DNA of 64,000 nucleotides. Origin: Thalia democratica. Lineage: Eukaryota. The stretch spans positions 4,836,001 through 4,900,000 of the forward strand of contig OZ241831.1 of assembly GCA_965202585.1 (NCBI GenBank), in the 5' to 3' direction. Under the pieces are notes generated by a model. It was not told the DNA's origin. It saw nothing but the letters and a program-made list of their open reading frames with translations, and made no database searches. The first letter of the stretch is position 1. Each line of letters opens with the position of its first letter. Both the position numbers and the translations under genes were made by a program. Shown here one piece after another: positions 39,101-52,932 of the stretch.

Positions 39101-42100
39101 CTCAACTTTATTTCTATAACAATACATGTAAGACAAAATTATGTTATTAAACTAGTTTAATTTTTTTATAATACTTAAAAAATATAAATTTAGTGAACTA
39201 ATTATAAACTCATTTTACCTTTAAACTGTTTTTTCAAGCAGCAGGAAATTGTCATTTTACTTAATTAAGTAATATTACTTATAAAGTGTTTTTAAGTTTA
39301 AGTTTAACATAGTTCTCTTTTTGATTATTGTTAAAGTATTATTTATGTTTTATTTTAACTTAATTGTAAAATTTATTAAAGTTTGATTATTGTTTCACCT
39401 TTCCAATTGCTGTTTAGCTTTATAAAGTTAAATATAAACAGAAACTTCATGACTACTTATGTATTTTCGACCTAATAATAAAACCAAGTATAATAAACTG
39501 GAACTTAATTTTATATCTTCAAACAAAATTCAAAATGTACTTTTCAAAAGTTGTTTTACATTAATAAACCTTTTACTTTTTTTAATTTGGTTCTTTTTTA
39601 TTACAACTATAAAAATTTTAAAGTAGTTTATACAACATAAAACGAATGTTACACATTTTTTTCATTTTAATTTGTGTCATTTATTTTCCTTTAAAGATTT
39701 TTATTAAGTACAGAAACATGTAGATTAAATTTAAAACAAAAACACCTAACTATTAATAACTTACTTCAACTTTTCATCTGCTGTTTAATCATGCTTTATC
39801 CACGCTTTTGATCTTTAAAATCGTTTAAGTGACAAGTCTAAATTTAAAAAAAAGTATTAAATTTCTTTCAAATTATTTTCATGAAATTTAAACTCAAGTT
39901 TTTAACATTAGCACGCCTCAAATTAAATTCATCAACGGTTTTTGTTACAAAATTTTCAAAAAGTATACACATATTTATTTGAGTTTAATTCATATTTATT
40001 TTATTTTATTTTCAGGATTTTTCGACGACAAACTGGTGCAACACCAAGTGAAATATTTGGGTTTGATGGAAAATCTTCGCGTCAGAAGGGCTGGTTTCGC
40101 GTATAGGAGGGTTTATGAAAATTTTTACAAGAGGTATTTTTAATTTTAAAATGCATAAATGTTTAATTAGTTTCTCATTCTAACAATACACTTTTGATTC
40201 TTCTTTTGTTATTTATTAGTTAGTTCACTTTTTACTTTACCTCCATAGATCACAATAATAGTTATCTAGTAAATGTTAAGGAGTATGATCAGTTCAATTT
40301 TTTTAATTTTATTAACAAAATAATGTTTCACTCGTTTGAACTAAATCTAACATGATCATCAGTTGAAAAAATCTCATTCAAAAAAAATGAAAATAAATGA
40401 TTAAGTCAATTGAACCATTAATTTTCATTCTATTTGAATGAGATTTTTTCAACTGATGATCACGTTTGATTTAGTTCAAACGAGTGAAACATTGTTTTGT
40501 TAATAAAACTTGAAAACTTGAATTTATTAGTTAGTAATACAAAGTGGTGTTTTCTGTTTCTATTTACTTATAAGATATTATAAAAACACTGGCTGCAACC
40601 AGTCTTAAAATTCAAAATAAGCTACTTTTCTCATAACAAAATTATCTTTCCATTGATACAAAACACACAAAGTAGTTCTCTTTAATGCATTTGTATAGAA
40701 TTTCACCTACTGATAAAAAAATTCAATGACACAAAAAGTATTCACAATTTAATTAACAACTTACATATAACTATAATATTTAAAGGGTTAAACGGTTTTA
40801 GTTGAAACTAGACTGCTTAGCATTGAACAATAGCTTTTAATTTTTGTTGTTTTTGTAAATATTAAACTAAGTTTTTCATGATTTATACACGTAATGCTTC
40901 GTGCACAAAGAACTTTAAATTCCGCGACTTTGTGAAAGCTTTTGTTTAATTATTTAAACATTGTAATTGTAAACGATAGGAACTTTTACTCACGAAAAGT
41001 ACCTATTCATCAATATATGTCAGCGTTTTAAAACAAAAGCTTAGAGCTGCAGTTTACCAGGCTCGATTTAAATAACATAATCGTTTATGCGCTGCTTTAC
41101 TTTTTTAATACTTTTTTTTTGATTTCACCTTTAAAAACAAAGTTATTAAAAAGTAAATTGATTAACAATAAATAACAACGAAACAAAAGACCAACAATTG
41201 AAAGAACATAATGTTTGTAAAAACTATTTGACACAACTCTAATGGCTTAAGTTAAGAGTAGTATCAGACAAGTCTAAGGAACGGGTCTGCGGGAGTTAGT
41301 TATCCAATCGAAGTCAATAAAAACAAAACGAAAATTACAAAACCAACACCGTTGTTATATGAAAATAAAATTTTATGTAGATTTTCAACATCATCAATAA
41401 AATTTTTCAGATACAAAAGTTTGTGCCACGCCACATGGCCTCATTACGAGGGAGGAGGCGCGAAGGAGGCGGTGGAGAAGTTGTGTGATCACCTGGAGTA
41501 CGGAGAAGAAGACTACAGGTTGGGAGTCACCAAGATCTTCATCAGGAGGCCCCAGACACTTTTCCGCACCGAAGAACTGTTTCAGGTAATTTTGCGTTTT
41601 ATTATATAAGTTTTCGTTAAGCCGTTTTGAATAGAAAAGAATAAAGTTTTAACTTGCGTTGTAAAAACACTTGTATGGAACTTTTGGGTAAAAATGTAAG
41701 TAATTTAATAAACGCAAGAAAAAAATTATATTTATTAACTTCCGCACTGAGTTAATCTTTCACGTTTGCTTTTTTTATTTCAAGTTTTTCTTAACTTTCG
41801 AAAAAATGTTTAAAATTCGATAAACGTAAGAAAAAATGTTTAAATTTCGATAAGCGTGAGAAAAAATGTTTAAAATACTACAAGTACATACAAGAAATTA
41901 CTAACAAGATAAAAAAGAGCATTTGAAAATTTGCATAGATAAGTTTGTGTAAGTAGATGCTTAACATCAATGTTTTTGTACAAGATTTTCTATGCTTAGA
42001 CTTTGTACTTGTATTTGGCTTATCTTAGCTTAATACCTTAAAGAATAGCTGTTTAAGTTTTTCATAAAAAAGTTTCTATAGCAAATTAAAGATTTATAAT

Positions 42101-45100
42101 GTTTTAGTATATCTATTATACTGTTATTAAATTCGTTTTTATTATTTGTCTGGAAGAAAATGTATAAAATAGTTGTTAAATTAGTTTACACATTCCAAAG
42201 TTTTTACCTTACTAATTTTATAATTTTGCAAACTATTTTACGTATTTTGAAAACTTTTATATCATGAAAAAGTTGAACTTATAAAACATTTTTTATAAAC
42301 TAGTTTGAACGGAATGATTTGTTAACATAAAAACTAACATAATAATCAACTGCAAAACTTAAAAAAAAGTTTTCACAAGCTTCATACTTTTATATCAAAA
42401 AAAAATATGTTTCAGCTTTTAAAAATCTACAAGACTCACAAAATTACTACCCAACTCTAAAGTATGAATTTTTGACAACAACAATATTAATGTTTCAAAA
42501 AAAAACAAAATTTTAACAAACATTGTATTAACAGCAAAGGAAGCACGAGCTTGCCACTTCGATCCAGTCTGTTTACAAAGGTTACGTCACAAGGGTAAAG
42601 TATCAGAAAATGAGGGCAGCAGTGACCGTCATAAGCGCCCACTGGAGGCGAGTGCTGGCCATCAGGTTGAAAGCGAGGCGCAAAAAAGCCGCCCTCGACA
42701 TCAGAAAGTAAATTCATATTTTGCACGCTTTTATTTAGTAAAGTACTGTTAAATAAGTTAAAGGTTTACAAATAAAACATTTTGCTAAAAATTTATGACA
42801 CAAAAATTTTAATTTTACGCTGGATAAACTTTTATAGAAGTTAAAGTCAATCTGAAAAACGTTGACCAAAGTATTTTCATCAACTTAAATATATAAGGTT
42901 AACAAAAAGTAAACTTTCTTGAATTTAATTTTCAGGTTCATAGTCGGCTTCCAGCACCGCAACCAACCGAGGTCGGAGTTGAACGCGCAATTTCTCGATT
43001 TCGTTCGATTCAAGTATTTGAACAGGTGCAGGGAAGTCCTGCCGACCAGTGTCCTCGATAAATCGTGGCCACAGGCGCCCCCATCGTTGGAAGAAGTGAG
43101 TTGACTTTAAATTATGAAAATTATGCAAAATTTAACATCTCTGTACTATATTGTATTTATTATTTTATCGAATTTTTATACAAGTTTTTTTTAATACTGT
43201 GTTTTTTTAAGTTTGTACTTATTACAAATAAAAGCTTTTTTAACTGTCAGAACTGTTTTCTTATCAAAATGCTTTCAAAAGTTAATAGCTGCTCGTTTTT
43301 CGTTTGCAGAAAAAGAACATTAAGGTTTAAATTTTTGTTGTCATCGTAAACAACCTTTACAAGCGTAAACTTTTTGTAAACAAAAATTTTAACGTTTCAA
43401 TTTTAAATAACCTTTTATTTTGATCTTTAGATACAAATAGTATAATACTTTTAATAAATAACTTTTAATAAACTGGCAATATAAATTATTTCAGACCAAG
43501 AGCCTACTGATGAATCTCAACATGAAAAACCTCACGTTGAAATACGTGAAAAAAATGACCGCCAAGAAAAAGTTCGAGATGGAAGAGAAGTTCACCGCCA
43601 GCCAGATATTCAAGGGAAGGAAGGAAAGCTACGAAAGCTCCGTTTCAAAACCCTTCATGAGCGGTTCCGGTAGGAAGATGCTGAATGCTGTTTAAACATT
43701 AACTTGTGTTTTTTTCATTTCAAGCTCGAGTATATTACGACACACCCATGCGCGATGCGTGCAAACAATTCGCGCTCCTTTTATGGAAACTTTTTCTTAT
43801 TTTTTTAAAAACGTAAACACGTGTGCGCGTTGCTTGAAATTTGTGCTAAGCAGCTAATTATTTTTTTTTCTGCGTAACTTTTTTATTTTTTAGAAAGTAA
43901 CTTACGACTTTTTTTTTACTTAACAAACTTATTTTGATGCTTTTTTTTAACTAGTAATTACGCGCATATTTTTTAAGTTTCTCATATAAAGCTAATTTAA
44001 TGCTATCTTATCATCATATCACAGTCAGTGAGAAAGTTCTCTTTTTTCTAAATCACTAAAACCACTTTTCTGTCTGCGCAGACAAATTAGTCGACGGCAG
44101 GCAGATCGCTTCTCTGCTCAACGGAGAAAAGCCTTCATACGCGTGCCTCGTCACCAAGTACGACCGACACGGCTACAAGGAGCGCGAGCGCACCCTAGCG
44201 GTGACGAAATCCGCCACCTATTTGTTCGATTCCAAAGCCAACAAAGTGAAGGACCACATTCCGCACTCCGAACTAACTGGCGTTTCGTGCAGTAACTTGA
44301 GCGACAATTTGTTCGTCCTGCACCGGAACTTCGACAATGAGGACAAGAACAGCAAAGGTGACGTCATAGTTGCGAGCACGATGTGCATCGAGAGCATCAC
44401 GAAGGTTGCCATGGAAGCGAATGCGGTGGAGAAAGTCAAGATAATTTCGAACAATGACAGGTAAGAAAACCAATGTTGTAATAGTTTTGTTTGTTATTGC
44501 TTGTTTTTTAATTCAACCAGTTTAATTCAACCAGTTAAATGCCAGTAACAATTTTTGCATTCATGAAATTTTTTTAATTTTTTCAGACCAATGTTTTTGA
44601 TAATTTTTTTAATTTTTATTTCCATGTACAGAATCGTTCACAAAGTGGACAGCAGTAAAGACGGTCAAATTGAATTCGCCCATGGACCTGTTTCCAGCAT
44701 TAAAAAGGCGAAAAACGGAAACCTTTTAGTGGTATGTACTTTTAAGTATTAATTTTTTTGGTTAACTCTTTTTACTTGAAACAGTTAACTTATTAGACAT
44801 TTAAAGAAAACTTCTTATTTTCTTCGTGTAATTATGGCAGTAACTATTATAATATTTATTTTATATGTTTCGCTTTTTTTTTTATAAGTTACACTTTTAA
44901 TTGATTTTCTACGTTTAATTTTAACGTTGAGAAAGTTAAACATTGAAAATTTTTACGTTGTGGTGATAAAACATCGTAAACTTTGTTTTTGAAAACCAAA
45001 ACAGTCAAACGCAAGTAATAAAAAACTTAAGGCACGCCTTATTTTGTACTTGTTTTATACTAGTTAAAATTTATGTTAAAAGTTTATGTTAAAATGTTTG

Positions 45101-46222
45101 TTTAATTAAAACAAAAATTAAAAAAAAAAGAAACTGTTAATAATTCTAAACTTGAAAAATATAGCAGTAACTTACTTACGTTTTTTTTAATATTTAAATT
45201 AACAACCTAAAAGTTTAAACAATGAAATTTACTTTGTAAAGTTTACAAAAAAAATATTTCTATCATCCTTGTTATATTTATAGCGTACAAGTATGACTAC
45301 AATTTTTAAAATCTAAAGATAAAAACGGCTTAAAGAAACATTACTGTAAAATGTTTAACTGAATAAATTCTGATAGTAAAAATTATATTTACCAATTTCA
45401 TTGATTTTGTTAACAAATTTAAAACATTTTATAAACTATGTAGGTGTACACAAAGTTAAATTTCTTCTAAAAAGTTTTAGTCGAAACGTTTTTTATAAAT
45501 TTTAGATTTAAAATAAAACTCTGAACTAAGTTGCAAAGAACTAAGTTGCAGTTCTTTAAACAGATAAGTAAAACATATTTTTAAAAGAAAAATGATTGTT
45601 TTTTTTTATTAATAAAAAGAGTCTGTTTAAAAAATATTCTGCATAATAACTTTGAAACTATTTATAAAGTTTTTAAAATACTAGTTTCTTCATGGTATAC
45701 ATCTTAAATAAGTGTTTGTTGTCAATTGTTTCTCTAACTATTTATTGAATTATTCTCCGTTTTTTTTCACAGTAATACTGTATATACGATTTAAATTACA
45801 TCAAAAATCAAGTGTAAACGATTTTTTATTTTTATTATTACAACTTTTATCAATAATATATTTAAAGTTATCTGTTTGTCTGATGCTTTTATAAATTTTT
45901 AAAGTTATAAACCAATAACCTAAAGATAAACTTTAAGTATATTAAAAAACTGGAAGAATATTACCATATTCAACTTTATCTAATGCTAAAATCTTCTTAA
46001 TTTTTTCATAGAGTGTTTATTGTTTACCTATCTTTTTAGTTCAATGTTAGTCGTTTTGTAGTCAAAATATTTCTTTTAAAGAACTTAGTGTATATATTAT
46101 GAAACTTTTATTTAAAAAATTAAAACTTAGTGTACATACAATTTTAGCTACTACAATTTAAAAACTGTTTCAAACGTTAATGCTAACTACAAATACTATT
46201 TTCTTTACAGACAGTCCAATGA
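30188..46222 (+). CDS. MYO1C: Unconventional myosin-Ic (Myo1C/Myo61F class), 21 exons, ~1027 aa
   Basis: Exons: 30188-30313, 31517-31632, 32625-32829, 33502-33636, 33923-34048, 34214-34312, 34572-34685, 34828-35019, 35505-35681, 35984-36156, 36624-36718, 37541-37649, 37965-38089, 40016-40133, 41411-41585, 42535-42707, 42936-43095, 43495-43669, 44082-44460, 44632-44731, and a probable last exon 46211-46222 (TVQ*, lower confidence). Motifs: [23 protein letters not shown]-loop GESGSGKT, switch [11 protein letters not shown], switch II DIYGFE, IQ motifs, TH1 tail ([14 protein letters not shown]). Confidence 0.95.
34330..34550. repeat. ~22-bp minisatellite (TTTTTATTTTTGAATACTTGTT), ~10 copies, in MYO1C intron 6
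   Basis: The GAATACTT core or a close variant recurs ten times at ~22-nt spacing. Confidence 0.85.
35007..35504 (+). repeat. 245-bp tandem duplication of the MYO1C exon 8 end plus the whole of intron 8
   Basis: Both units begin TTTCGCGAAGAAG|GT(G/A)AGT (35007 and 35252) and end in ACTAACTTTTATTTATTAAT, with colinear similarity throughout. Confidence 0.9.
36146..36231 (+). repeat. 28/29-bp tandem repeat x3 spanning the MYO1C exon 10 donor
   Basis: AGATTTGTCAC|GT(T/G)AGTAAAA(A)TT(T/C)ATGT starts at 36146, 36174 and 36203. Confidence 0.9.
40307..40508. repeat. Foldback/MITE-like inverted repeat in MYO1C intron 14
   Basis: ~76-bp arms (TTTTATTAACAAAA...ATCTCATTCAAA and its reverse complement) with 3 mismatches, then looser inner pairing around a short loop. 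Confidence 0.85.
41796..41878. repeat. ~31-bp tandem repeat (~3 copies) in MYO1C intron 15
   Basis: GAAAAAATGTTTAAA occurs three times, linked by TTCGATAA(A/G)CGT(A/G)A spacers. Confidence 0.7.
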
Positions 46223-49200
46223 AACACCTGAGTGAAATTTCCAACAGCATTTATCAACAAAGAAACCTGTTGAATTTAGTCAATTTTATTTATTTAATTT
46301 TTTCATTGATTGAAACAAGCTCTAATTATTGTTTACTGACATTCAAAAGTTTCGTTTTTAGCGACCTGTAGCTCTGATTAGTGTATTGTGTTTAAACTAA
46401 AGAAACAATTTTTTCAAAAATTAATTTTTGTTTTTATACTTATTTTATGCTTTCTTTTTTTTCCTGATTTATGCATACATAAAGATTTGTAGAGATTTAA
46501 TATAAAAGTACATTTTACTTGAATTGTATGCAAAAAAGAAACAATCACTAAAAGTTTTTTTTAAGCTAAGAAAATAGCTTTAAACTTTAAAAGAACAAAA
46601 AGTTACTTAACTTAAATATTTTTATATTAAAGGTTGTACAACTTGTTTTTCAAATATAAAATATCGTTCTATCGTTTATGGTAACAACTAAACAAGTAGC
46701 TCAAATTTTGAAAAGTAATAAACTACTTGTTCAACTTTTTTAATGTGTACTCTTTTAATTTTATAAGAACAATACAGTAAAAAAGATGAAACAACGCAAA
46801 AGAATAAACATTTGTTTAATTACGTCACTGTACAAAGAAGTTCAATAATAAGCTAAATTTAGTCTTTTGACTGTTTCAAGTTATTAGTATTAATTGCATA
46901 ACACAATGTAAATAAGGAGCAATATAGCTTTTTATTTACAATCAAGTTAAAACATGAAACTTAAGTAAATCCTATAAAGTACAGAGAATTATTATATAAA
47001 AATATTACCTGTGCTTTATACATTTAAAAGCCTTTTAGAGTTTAATGAGCTTTTAAACTAAAGAGTAAATTGTTTTAATATTAATTTAGGTCTTTAACAA
47101 TCATTATCATTTTTTAAGTTTTATAAAAGCTGTAAACGAAAAAAATAAACGTTTTTTCTAGTAAATACAAGTTAATTAAAAATGCTTGTATGATAGTGTA
47201 TGTAATAATTTGTTTTTGAAGTAAGAATTTTAGATATTAATATAGTTAATCATCTCCTAAGTCGGTTGGTATAAAACTACTTTGTAAATGTTAATGCTAA
47301 AGTAACTTAATAAAACAACTGATACTTTCTTTTTGATAACCATTGTATGTTAAAACATTTAGTAAGCAAGAGTCATTTAAAATAATATATTAATGATCTT
47401 TTCTAGGATAGTTTTTAAAACTATATTTTTAAAGTATTTTTTAAAATATCTCAAAAAAAGTAGACAAATAAAATTGTGTTTTAAAAACTTTAAAAACATT
47501 TCATTTTCTGTTAAAAATTTTGTTTTAAAAACTGTACAGCTTTTACTTCTTTAAAAAACCAAATATTAAAAAAAAAAAAGTAAAAAGCTTTTAGTTTAAA
47601 TTTAGAAGGCGTTAAACGGAACTTTTGTTAAACAATTAGATTGCAGAACTATCTAATTTTGAAATTCTGAAAAGCAGAACTATATAATCCATGCAAACTA
47701 GTCTCACATCATAGACTGCCTTACTTAAATATTTATCTTTGGATTAACGGACATCATTTAACTTTGAAATACATTTAACTTGAAACTTTTGACTTACATT
47801 TGCTCTAAGTTTCTAATCAAACAGTTACAGTATTTCCTATTTATCATGCTAAAGTTAAGTAGTTTGTTTAAGTAGACTATATGTTTATCTCACTGGATAT
47901 TATAGACTAATTTAATAATCAAAGATGTTAATTCTTTTTAAATTTTCCCTTTGTTTTAATATTTGGTAAAAAGAATTTAGTAGTTTCAAATTAAGATGTA
48001 GTTGAAAGATAATTTTGAAATGACAATAACTATCGAATATTTTATTATCTATTTTTCAATTGCACAATCAGGTAGAACTGACTTCTGAAAATATTAGTAG
48101 ACTTAATGAATATTAACTTATATCGGTTTGCAAAAACTAAAAGCACAAATTAGGGATATTTATTTCTTAGTTAAATTACTTGATGACGTTTCACTAAGTT
48201 TTACATAAAAACATTAAGAAGCATTTTTTGTGTCTGTTTCAATAACAAGTTTTTAATAAATCGTTTTTATAACCACTGACTTCATTAATACGAATAGCCG
48301 TTCAAGAGCTTTTTCCTACACCTTTTGCAGCAGTAACCTTTTTTAGTTTTACATTACCCATTATTAATAGAACTTGGAGTTGAGTCATTAATTATTATAA
48401 ATGAAATTTTAAATTGAAAAAGGTATAATATTATGTTAGATAACTAAGTTTGTATACTTTATTATAAGAATTACCCGTTTTATTATGCTAATAATAAGCG
48501 AATATGGTTAAAAAACCTTCTCAATGTCCTAGAAAAGACGCAAAACTGTATCCAAGTGGTATACGACCCGATAACCGAAAAGTTTTTCGTACACCAGCTC
48601 CTTTGACCAAAATTTTTGAGCGTTTTTTTTTTGTCGTTCAATAAACAATATGAATAAATGATGTAGCAATGATGTTTAAAAGTGAACTTGGATAAATTAT
48701 TAATCCGGTATTTCATCTGTGCTCGTCTAAGTCTTTTTTTTTGAATCAAAAACCAGCGTGTAAGTTAATTGAAGAAAAAAAAAAAGAGATTTTTAAGTCT
48801 TTTCTCAGCAGTTATAATAACTCAAAGTTGTAAACTAGTTCTGGTACTTTTTTAAACAAACAATTTTTTTGTATACTATATAAGACAATTTTTGGTATAC
48901 GGTCATTCTAAAATAAGTTATTTGGTTGTTTTCAAAAACAAAGTAAATTTTTGTTTGATATCAGTAATTGGAGAAAGTATTTATCTTATTATTTTTGATT
49001 AGAGATAAATAGAAGTAGTTTTGTAATTTAAAACCTCTTTTGCTAACAAATTAAGGGTACTTGAACTAAAAATAAAGGATTTAAAAACAGAAAATGTACA
49101 AGATTGAAAGGTGAGATTTTTTGTCCATATGGATTTAAAGTAAGTTTTTAGAACATTAACTTTGTTATAAAGAACAAATAAATGTTTTCATCATTGTTAA

Positions 49201-52200
49201 TCTGAAAATATAAAAGTATTACTTTTTAGATTAATATTCTCGCGAAATCTTAACAACAAAATTTTCATTTAAAGCATGTTTTTTTTTTAGTTTTTTAATT
49301 TCTAGCAAATTGTTTCACTTTGCTTACTTTACACTTGAGAACTTTAAAAAAACAATAAGAATTAGTTTTTTATGTGTTTTCTATTTCTTATCATTTTCAT
49401 TTTCTGTAAAACAAAATCTAATGATACAATTGGTAAAGTCGGTATAAGTGTTAACTGTGAAACGTTTTATTATTGTCGTCTTTACATGATGTAAAACCAT
49501 TTACTATATATTATTAATGTTATTATAAAGTGATATTTATGAAATTTTAATACTTTTCTTTATTTCTACAACTACTTAATTTTAACATTCAAAGCCAGTT
49601 CAAAGCCACAAAAATGTTTACTGCTGCCTCTTTAGTAAACACACCGATAAGCCTTCCTTACAAAGTTAAGGAGAAAAAACACCAATATTGGAACTTTAAA
49701 CTGCTGATAAAATATTTGCGGTTGTTTTTTACCACAATATCCAAAACAATGTATTGCATAAAAATTTGTATAAACTGTATTAAACTTTGTCAATGAGGTA
49801 TGTGAATGCTTATAAAAAAATCCTTTTATAAGTATACATGTTGCAATATCTCAGTTGTTTTAAATATACTCAATGCAGAACAACTGTTTTAATGAAAAGT
49901 ATTTTCAACCTTTGATACCAGACCATTTGTTCAATATTGCGCATTTAATTCTTTATACAAACAAAATTTCCAACAATCTTGAAAAAACAGTATAAAAGTG
50001 TAAGAAACTCTTCTTAAGTAAAGTAATTGCTTCTTGGTCTAATAATAATACTTTTCTACAATAGTTTTATTTAAGACAAATACTCAAGTTCTGTTTCGAA
50101 AGAAACATATAATTTTTTACCTTATAAAAACTGTGCTCAGTATGTTTTCAAATAAAAAATTCACTGTGCATAAAAGTATTTTAAAAAATTGTATACTGTA
50201 AAAAAACGACATTATGGTTTGATAGATATAAAAATATTTTGTCTTGTTAAAGAGTAAACATAAACATAGAACAAATTTTGAGCATAATAAAACCCTAAAA
50301 GTCATTTTTTTGTTAATCAATCAATTCAATTAGCACAATAAAAAAGTATTGTGCACAAACATAAAATTTGGGAACCACAGCTTTAATGCATACTTAAAGC
50401 TTTTCTGGTAGTTTTTTAAAAACACAACTGAAATTAGACCAACAAAACAGTATAAAAAAAGATCTTAAAACATTAGTTTTAAAATCCATATAAGAAAGTT
50501 TTTATAAGTACAACACTTCTTTTTGACATATTTTTAACTTTCTTAAGCTATTCTTTTATGTTTTTTAATTGTAAGCTAGTTTAAAAATAACAACTTTTTT
50601 TAAATATACATGCTACACTTATTATTTAAAAAAAAATGCTAATAAAAAGTTAAAAAGTTTTAACTGCTATTTATTTACATATCACACAAAAAAAAAACAT
50701 TGTATTGTTTTTAGAATAACAAGGAATCTATCTATTTTTCCAAAAACTTTCTTTTAAAAAAATTAAAGCTCCTATGGCTTTCAATACAGTCAAGAACGCA
50801 AATTTTATAGGCCTAAAAAACTAGATTTTACAAACTGTATTCTTTCCTCACAAAAACGTAACTTAATAAAGTATTATGTTGTATTTATACCAAATATAAT
50901 TAAACAAAAGAAAATTTTGGCGAAATTCTATAAGAACTAAGCCTGCATTTATTTGTGCGTGGGCTCAAGTAAACAAAAATGTTTGATCATACCTTTATAT
51001 TAAAATTTAAATGTTAGTTTTAATACTGTTACTGTTTTCAACTTGATTTCGATGCATTTTTGAACAACTTAGTTTTCAAAGTTTTTTTGTTAGTGTGCAT
51101 TATGTATATACCGCATTGATTTTAAACAATTTTACTTAAACCTTCCTAAAAGACTAAAGATATCTATAAAATGGTTTTAGTCTTTTAGATTGTGTAGAGC
51201 ATTCATTAAAATAAATAAAAAATATTTAGTAATTACTTGAGTTTAAACACTGCTTGTTAATAATTTTAGACGTGAATTTTTTCAGTAGTTTTTTGTCACA
51301 AGCCAATTTTGTGACTCTCAATAACTTATAGTGAACTCTTTAAAAAAGTATCTAAAAAATTTTACAGTAATCTTTTTATAGTTGAAGGAAACATTAACAT
51401 TCTACACTAAACTAATTTTTCAAGGACTTATAAATGTAATGTTATTCTCTTCAACATAGGTATTTATTTACTTTGATTATTTTTATTTAATACATTTTAA
51501 CTGTTTTGCAAAGATATTTTGTAAAAAGTTAATTATCTGAATAAACATGTTTAACACATATAAGAAATTTTTAACATAAAAAATTATGAAGCATTTTTTC
51601 TAGGTTAATAATTAATTTGTGACAAATATTCTTAATTCAATTTTAGTTGATTAAAAATTTGACTTAAAATTTTCTTATGGTTCAGCAGTTAACAAAATAA
51701 AATAATTTAATTAATGTTCCTCTTTTTAAGATACGAAAAAAGTTTCATCGAAGAGATTTGTTTTAAACCTTATTTTTAGGCCAACAGTTTTTCGGTTAAT
51801 GTCTAGAAAATAAATTTTTGCATATTTCTTTTAGAAACTGAGTATCTCTAAAACAAACATTAAGATTTTTTTATAAAAGCGTAAATTTAAAAATATTTTT
51901 AGTACACATAAGTTCAAATCTAAAACTGTCGTAGACTATAACCGAGTTATTTAACAAAGCCTATTATTACTTGATAGTCAAAACTTTTTTACCCAAAACA
52001 TTTGTGAATACATATTTGTTACAACTCAATCAATGAAGCAATGTAGTAAAACATATTACTGTGTCCATTAACTTTCCTTTGAAAAAGTCAAAAGACATAC
52101 GTAAAAGTGTACATATTTTTGATGTACTTAATGTAATAAAACCCGTTTGAGCTCTTAAAACTGTACACCGTTCGTAAAAATATACATACCACAAAAATTT

Positions 52201-52540
52201 TATTAACAACGTTTCACAACTTAGTTTTTACTGTTAGTTGCTTCAATAAAACATTTAAAAATGTCAACTTAACTATTTTTAGCCAAAATATGTATTGAAG
52301 TTCCATTTAAAATCAGCCTCATTTTTGTGTACAAATGTATATAACTAACCAGGTTTTTTATATAAGTTTCAACAATGGTATATGTAACTATGACTTGCGT
52401 TTTTTAACTAAATTAAGACAAATGTTGAACTTTAATGTCACACGTTCATACCGAATTTTAATAATACTAAACTTCCTAAAAAATAGTTTATTTCCAACCT
52501 CTACAGGTTACTTGAAATTATTATTTAAATGTGTCTTTTA

Positions 52541-52932
52541 CAGGATTTCCAAATGTTTTTGGCAATTTGCAGATTTTAAAAATTTCTTCCAGGTTTTTAA
52601 AATTAACGTTTTAAGGCCTATTTTTTGTTTAAAATGAAGTTTAAGGTAAAAAGCTGTGTTAATTAAATAGTATAATGACGTTGCAAAGATATTATAAAAC
52701 TTCTTTAAATATTATTTTTTATAAAACAGAATTTTGATGAGGATTTTTTTTTTATCTTTATGATTTAGTTTTTGAGTCAAATCGAAATTAAACTATTATA
52801 AATGTAGAAGTTGTTTAAACTTCCAGGTTTTTTAGTGATTTTTGTTCAAAATTCCAGGTTTTTTAAAAAATTTCTCAAATTCCAGATTTTTCTAGCCTAA
52901 ATTGTAAAACTCCAGATTTTTTGGCAAGCCTG
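52541..52932. mobile_element. Degenerate hAT-like MITE remnant
   Basis: CAGGATTTCCAAA at 52541 versus the reverse complement of the right end, CAGGCTTGCCAAA (11/13). Internal repeats of TTCCAG(G/A)TTTTT. No recognisable TSD. Confidence 0.35.

Noticed and set aside
48490-48620. Moderately GC-rich open frames in the MYO1C-RRM intergenic region
   Set aside because: No recognisable homology, no clear splice sites and no GC3 bias like that of real exons.
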